A DNA stretch of 12,013 bases from Pseudomonadota bacterium (GTDB taxonomy: Bacteria > Bdellovibrionota_B > Oligoflexia > Oligoflexales > RGVZ01), in NCBI GenBank assembly GCA_041178085.1, contig JBEGVZ010000115.1:1-12013 (forward strand), read 5' to 3'. This document shows positions 7,811 through 12,013 of this stretch, piece by piece; position 1 is the first letter of the stretch, and every line of letters starts with the position of its first letter. Made by a program: the position numbers and the translations under genes. A model generated the notes under the pieces. It had not been told where the DNA came from, searched no databases, and saw only the letters and a list, made by a program, of their open reading frames with translations.

Positions 7811-7826
7811 AGCAAATCGAGTGCCA
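7811..7826 (-). promoter_or_regulatory. Sigma-54 (-24/-12) promoter for the lipoprotein gene
   Basis: The minus strand reads TGGCACTCGATTTGCT, a near-consensus match with exact spacing. Predicted TSS ~7800, about 50 nt before ATG 7750. Confidence 0.75.
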
Positions 7827-7851
7827 CTGCAGGGTCAGCCAAGATGTCCTA

Positions 7852-7864
7852 TAACATTATGTAA
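7852..7864 (-). promoter_or_regulatory. Possible IHF-like site upstream of the sigma-54 promoter
   Basis: Minus strand TTACATAATGTTA within an AT-rich patch loosely resembles WATCAANNNNTTR and lies ~50-65 nt upstream of the predicted TSS. The match is degenerate. Confidence 0.3.
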
Positions 7865-7953
7865 TTACTATGTTTTTAAGGTTGGCGATGAAGTGAAAAC
7901 TGGGGACGAATGCACAATGTGGAAAAAATTGTCTGTTTGATCGACACCCGGGC

Positions 7954-9594
7954 TTAGCCGCGGGCTACCTGCTCAACGTGATCGAGGTATTCGTCGTAGC
8001 GGCCTTCGTAAACACGAAGGTGACCGTGGTCGATCTCAAAAACACGGTTGGCAATCGCACGCAGGAAATAGCGGTCGTGGCTGACAATCATGATTGTCCC
8101 ATCAAAGTCCTTGAGGGCATTGAGAAGGATTTCACGGGAATCGATGTCGAGGTGGTTGGTTGGCTCGTCAAGGACCAGGAAATTGACTGGCTGCGACAGG
8201 ATACAAGCCAGCATCACACGGCTTTTCTCCCCCCCGGAGAGCATCTTGATTTTCTTGTCGCTGTCATCTCCCGAGAACAGGAAAGCACCGAGCAAGTTCT
8301 TGACCCAGCCGACGGACGCATTGGGTACACGGGATGAAACTTCCTCAAAGATGGTCTTCTCGGGATCAAGCAAGTCACAGGAGTACTGACTGAAGTAACC
8401 GACATTAACGCTTGCCCCGATAGAACACGCACCAAGTGACGGCTTGGCCTGGCCGGTGATAATCTTCAGCAGGGTGCTCTTGCCCGCTCCGTTCACACCC
8501 GTCACGGCGATCTTGTTCAAGCGCTGCACGACCCCAGTAAGGCCACTAAACACGGGGTGGATTCCACCTTCTGGCGTTGGCCACTCCTTGCACAGGTTTT
8601 CCATCTTAACGACATCGTTGCCACTGCGCGGGACCGGCGCGAATTCAAATTTGATCTTCCGCGCCTCGGGCGGGAGTTCAATGCGATCGATTTTCTCAAG
8701 TTTCTTCACGCGCGACTGGACCTGGGCGGCGTGGGATGCGCGCGCAGCAAAGCGGGCAATGAACTCTTCCTCTTTCGCCAGCATATCGGACTGGCGTTTG
8801 GCGGCGGCTTCAAGTTGCTGGCGACGGACCTCACGTTCACGGAGGTAAAAGTCGTAATTTCCGCTGTAGGTCGTGATGGCCTTGTTGGCGATCTCGACCG
8901 TGCGCTTGCATACGCGATTCATGAACTCACGGTCGTGGGATGTCATGACCAGTGAGCCCTTGAAGTCCTTCAGCCACTTCTCCATCCACATGATCGACTC
9001 AAGGTCGAGGTGGTTGGTGGGCTCATCCATCAAAAGGACATCTGGATTAAGAAGAAGGATCTGCGCCAGGGCGATGCGCATCTTCCAGCCCCCGGAAAAA
9101 GACTCTACGGGGCGATGCCACTTGCTGGCGTCGATGCCAAGGCCGGTCAGGACCTCTTGGGCCCGGGACTCCAGGTCATACCCGCCCCGTTGCTGAAATT
9201 CCATCTGGGCTTCACCAAACCGCTCCATGAGACGGTTCATCTCGTCGTCACTGAGGGGATTTGTGGCACATTCCTCAAGACGCTTTTCCATCTGCGCAAT
9301 TTCCTGCGCCAGCTGGGAAACCCGCCCTGCACCCGCAAGGGTTTCTTCAAGAGCGGAGCGACCGGCCATCTCACCGACGTCCTGCGAAAAGTATCCCACC
9401 AGAACACCGGGGTCGATCGACACAGTCCCGTCATCCGGTGTGTCGAGGCCCGCGATCAGTTCGAATATGGTTGTCTTGCCGGCCCCGTTTGGACCGACCA
9501 GGCCGATCTTGTCGTCTGGCCTGACCATGAAACCGGCACCCTGGTAAAGAACCCGGTCACCGAATCGCTTCGTAATGTTTGATAAATGGATCAT
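7954..9594 (-). CDS. ABC-F family ribosome-associated ATPase (two ABC domains, no transmembrane segments)
   Basis: GPNGAGKT / FSGGWKMRIALA / LLMDEPTNHLD / SHDR, then GVNGAGKS / LSGGEKSRV / VLDEPTNHLD / SHDR, with the linker FIARFAARASHAAQVQSRVKKLEK. Confidence 0.95.
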   Translation of the reverse strand: MIHLSNITKRFGDRVLYQGAGFMVRPDDKIGLVGPNGAGKTTIFELIAGLDTPDDGTVSIDPGVLVGYFSQDVGEMAGRSALEETLAGAGRVSQLAQEIAQMEKRLEECATNPLSDDEMNRLMERFGEAQMEFQQRGGYDLESRAQEVLTGLGIDASKWHRPVESFSGGWKMRIALAQILLLNPDVLLMDEPTNHLDLESIMWMEKWLKDFKGSLVMTSHDREFMNRVCKRTVEIANKAITTYSGNYDFYLREREVRRQQLEAAAKRQSDMLAKEEEFIARFAARASHAAQVQSRVKKLEKIDRIELPPEARKIKFEFAPVPRSGNDVVKMENLCKEWPTPEGGIHPVFSGLTGVVQRLNKIAVTGVNGAGKSTLLKIITGQAKPSLGACSIGASVNVGYFSQYSCDLLDPEKTIFEEVSSRVPNASVGWVKNLLGAFLFSGDDSDKKIKMLSGGEKSRVMLACILSQPVNFLVLDEPTNHLDIDSREILLNALKDFDGTIMIVSHDRYFLRAIANRVFEIDHGHLRVYEGRYDEYLDHVEQVARG

Positions 9595-9648
9595 GCGCCG
9601 GGAGTACTTAACCGGAAATCAGGATGTCCTCAAGCCCGGAGCATGGGT

Positions 9649-9654
9649 TATACT
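9649..9654 (+). promoter_or_regulatory. Sigma-70-type -10 box TATACT, 6 nt before ATG 9661 (possible leaderless transcript)
   Basis: TATACT-CGCACA-ATG with no Shine-Dalgarno sequence and no convincing -35. Confidence 0.45.
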
Positions 9655-9660
9655 CGCACA

Positions 9661-10722
9661 ATGAAAAAAATCCTTCGATCCCAATCAATTATCGTCCCGC
9701 TGGGGGCTTTCGTCTGCGCTCTTGCGGGGTCCACTGGACTGGCCTCCTCTGACCTGGAATCCGAATCCCGGCGCCTGTCTTACTATGAAATCTGCATGAA
9801 CCCCGGCACTGATGCCGAGCGGGCCACGGTCGAGGTCATGAACTGGCGGGCTGGTTACGACATGAGGACCCGGGATGAACGGACCTGCAAAGGCGCCGCA
9901 GATGGCTTGAAGAAACTGCACCATTTGAAGCTGCACCGTGAACCATTCGATCCCTGGTGGGAGCTTTCCTCGCTCTTTCCGGTATCGACCATCCCAAGCC
10001 TTCGTGCGCTGTCCGGTTCCCACAACAAGTTCGTGGACTTAAAGCCGCTCACGACCCTGACCCAGCTGGACACCCTGATCATGTGGGATAACCTGATTGA
10101 GGACTTGACCCCTCTGTCCGGCCTTAAGAACCTGCGCATGCTTTTGATGACCAAGAACCGGATCAAGACGATTGAACCCCTGGCGAAGCTCGCCGCCCTG
10201 AAAGATTTGTCGGTATCTGAAAACCAGATCGCTGACCTTGAACCCGTCCGGAACCTGCGCCAACTGGATAGCCTGGCCTTTGACGCCAACCAGATCGAAT
10301 CTCTTGAACCGGTCTCTGGCCTCACAAGGATGAACTATTTTTACGCCGGGAAGAACAAGGTGCGCGACCTGCGTCCACTTTCTGCGATGCAGGCAATGCA
10401 TCTGGCATCCCTCGGTGAAAACGAGATCGAGGACTTGACCGGCCTGGAGAACATGCAAGTAATCGATGCCCTTGACCTGCACAGCAACAAGGTGAAAGAC
10501 ATCAGCCTGCTTGCCAGATTGAAAACGCTCCGCTGGCTCGACCTTCGCAATAACTTCGTGGAAGACTACTCGGCGCTGGCTGGCCTTCGGGACTTGAAGC
10601 ATCTTTACATCGAAGGCAACCCGAGCGAAGTCCTGCCACCAGAGGTCCTCGGGCTTATGGAAGAGCATGTCAATTCCAAGGGCGATTGGATCAAGCTTGA
10701 GGTCGATGTCTTGAAGGAGTGA
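9661..10722 (+). CDS. Secreted leucine-rich-repeat protein (internalin/SDS22-like 22-aa repeats)
   Basis: Signal-like MKKILRSQSIIVPLGAFVCALAGSTGLA, a two-Cys N-cap, and about 10 repeats of LxxLxLxxNxIxDLxPLxxLxx ending LKHLYIEGNP. Start 9661 is preferred over 9586, which overlaps the ABC-F start. Confidence 0.9.
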   Translation: MKKILRSQSIIVPLGAFVCALAGSTGLASSDLESESRRLSYYEICMNPGTDAERATVEVMNWRAGYDMRTRDERTCKGAADGLKKLHHLKLHREPFDPWWELSSLFPVSTIPSLRALSGSHNKFVDLKPLTTLTQLDTLIMWDNLIEDLTPLSGLKNLRMLLMTKNRIKTIEPLAKLAALKDLSVSENQIADLEPVRNLRQLDSLAFDANQIESLEPVSGLTRMNYFYAGKNKVRDLRPLSAMQAMHLASLGENEIEDLTGLENMQVIDALDLHSNKVKDISLLARLKTLRWLDLRNNFVEDYSALAGLRDLKHLYIEGNPSEVLPPEVLGLMEEHVNSKGDWIKLEVDVLKE

Positions 10723-10753
10723 GTCTTGCAATGTGGGTCACGGGAGGTGGCCC

Positions 10754-11200
10754 ATGCCAGACCTGACAGTCCGCGACCTGATCAGCAACCGCACTTTGTA
10801 TACCGTGTTCCCGGAAGACAGCCTGCAGGTTGTCAACCAAATCATGTATGACAACCGCATCCGGCACCTTCCGGTCGTCGATCGAGATGACGGGTCTCTT
10901 GTTGGGCTTATCACCCATCGTGACCTGGTCAAGCACGGCTTGTTCGCAACAGATGAACTGCCCGCTTATGCAGAAGATGACCTTCTGGCGAAGACAAAGG
11001 TCAATTTCATCATGGTTCGCGACGTCGAGACGATTGATATTGAAGCTGACATCCGCGACGCGGCGGCAACTCTTCTGGACAACAAGTTTGGTTGCCTCCC
11101 AGTCATGGAAGGAAATGTCCTGACGGGCATCATCACGGAATCAGACTTTGTGGAATTTGTCCGTACACAGGCGGGATGGCCTGCGCGTCGCACGGCGTGA
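10754..11200 (+). CDS. Stand-alone CBS-pair protein (AcuB/HPP-like)
   Basis: GGGAGGT SD before ATG 10754. Motifs VRDLIS, MYDNRIRHLPVVD, LVGLITHRDL, KFGCLPVME, LTGIITESDF. Confidence 0.9.
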   Translation: MPDLTVRDLISNRTLYTVFPEDSLQVVNQIMYDNRIRHLPVVDRDDGSLVGLITHRDLVKHGLFATDELPAYAEDDLLAKTKVNFIMVRDVETIDIEADIRDAAATLLDNKFGCLPVMEGNVLTGIITESDFVEFVRTQAGWPARRTA

Positions 11201-12013
11201 CCCACGCACGACTGCCGGCAAGCCCAGCAGGACGAGCATGAACAGGTCAATGCCGCGACCGGATGCCGGGCCAACGGCAGCCGTGCAGCCCCATACATTC
11301 GTCGTGGGAGCCACATTCTCTGCAATCACCAGAGGATCGGCGATCGAGAGCGTGCGTGACGACCGGTCAAGTCCGCGCGCCAGACTTGCCTGTTCAATCT
11401 GGTTGCGGAATGTGCCATCGAAGAGGTTGGCATCCGCCACCAGCATTGCCACACCAAAGTCGCCGAAACTAGCGGCGGACGGCAAAAGATCGATCGCGCC
11501 GAGAACAAGCCGCACGAGGTCAGAGGTCGCAATTCCGCCCTCCTTTAAATCCCACAGCATGCCACTGATCAGCTGTCCTTTCTGATGCGCAGCAGCCGCA
11601 AGGTATTCCGAGGATCCGTAGGTCAAATCATTGTCGGCCGTGCGTAAACAGGCATTTGTGTAACAGGTTCGCCCGCCACCCGGGCAAATCCCCCGACCCA
11701 TGCAGGGTGAATCCTGCTGCATCATGACGAAAAAGTCCGACAGCCCCTCATGCAGGGACAGCGGCTCGCCCCGTCCCGCATAGTCTGTTACGGTCGCAAC
11801 CACAACATGATGACCCAGTTCGTGCCCGACCACCCCGGCATCGAAATGAAGGTCCTTCAAATTGATACCGTCACCCTCGGCAACCCTGATCGCGGGCGTT
11901 CCGAACTCGCTGTCTGACGGCATATAAAACGCGTTTGATTTCTGCGAGCAAGCCTGACCGGGAACACAGGGGCAGTCGTCGCCCGTGCATTCGCCTACCC
12001 TGACCCGGATCGC
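11141..12013 (-). CDS. M4/M36-like (thermolysin/fungalysin-type) zinc metalloprotease, 5' part outside the window, with C-terminal Cys+TM+basic anchor
   Basis: The frame stays open upstream of 11923 to the edge: AIRVRVGECTGDDCPCVPGQACSQKSNAFYMP. NAFY, GHELGH, LHEGLSDFF (~20 aa later), CLR and HQKGQLISGMLWDL are present. The tail is WGCTAA...LFMLVLLGLPAVVRGSRRATRR. Confidence 0.85.
   Translation of the reverse strand, partial: AIRVRVGECTGDDCPCVPGQACSQKSNAFYMPSDSEFGTPAIRVAEGDGINLKDLHFDAGVVGHELGHHVVVATVTDYAGRGEPLSLHEGLSDFFVMMQQDSPCMGRGICPGGGRTCYTNACLRTADNDLTYGSSEYLAAAAHQKGQLISGMLWDLKEGGIATSDLVRLVLGAIDLLPSAASFGDFGVAMLVADANLFDGTFRNQIEQASLARGLDRSSRTLSIADPLVIAENVAPTTNVWGCTAAVGPASGRGIDLFMLVLLGLPAVVRGSRRATRRPSRLCTDKFHKV

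Noticed and set aside
7843..7860. GATGTCCTATAACATTAT as a Zur box
   Set aside because: Only one half-site (TATAACATT) matches, the palindrome spacing is wrong, and it is not upstream of the ZIP gene.
10000..10625. 66-nt periodicity as a DNA repeat array
   Set aside because: Fully explained by the 22-aa LRR coding repeats.

Overview
Bacterial window, mostly housekeeping and cell-envelope genes. In order: a ZIP (ZupT/GufA-like) metal transporter running off the left edge (missed by the ORF track); two divergent secreted helical hypothetical proteins; a YaiI/YqxD protein; translationally coupled DEAD-box helicases rhlE-dbpA; an HExxH lipoprotein; an ABC-F ATPase; an internalin-like LRR protein; a CBS-pair protein; and the 3' part of an M4/M36-like metalloprotease with a Cys-containing C-terminal anchor. 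The main observation is the apparently empty gap between dbpA and the lipoprotein. It holds an ~850-nt ORF-less group II intron-type RNA (5756-6605) with recognisable domains I-VI. Its first base (GTGTG) falls exactly at the predicted +1 of a correctly spaced sigma-54 promoter (5730-5745). This suggests a self-standing, exon-less, sigma-54-regulated group II ribozyme-like RNA rather than a conventional intron. Two more sigma-54 motifs occur in the window. All folds and motif matches were made by eye; no searches were run.
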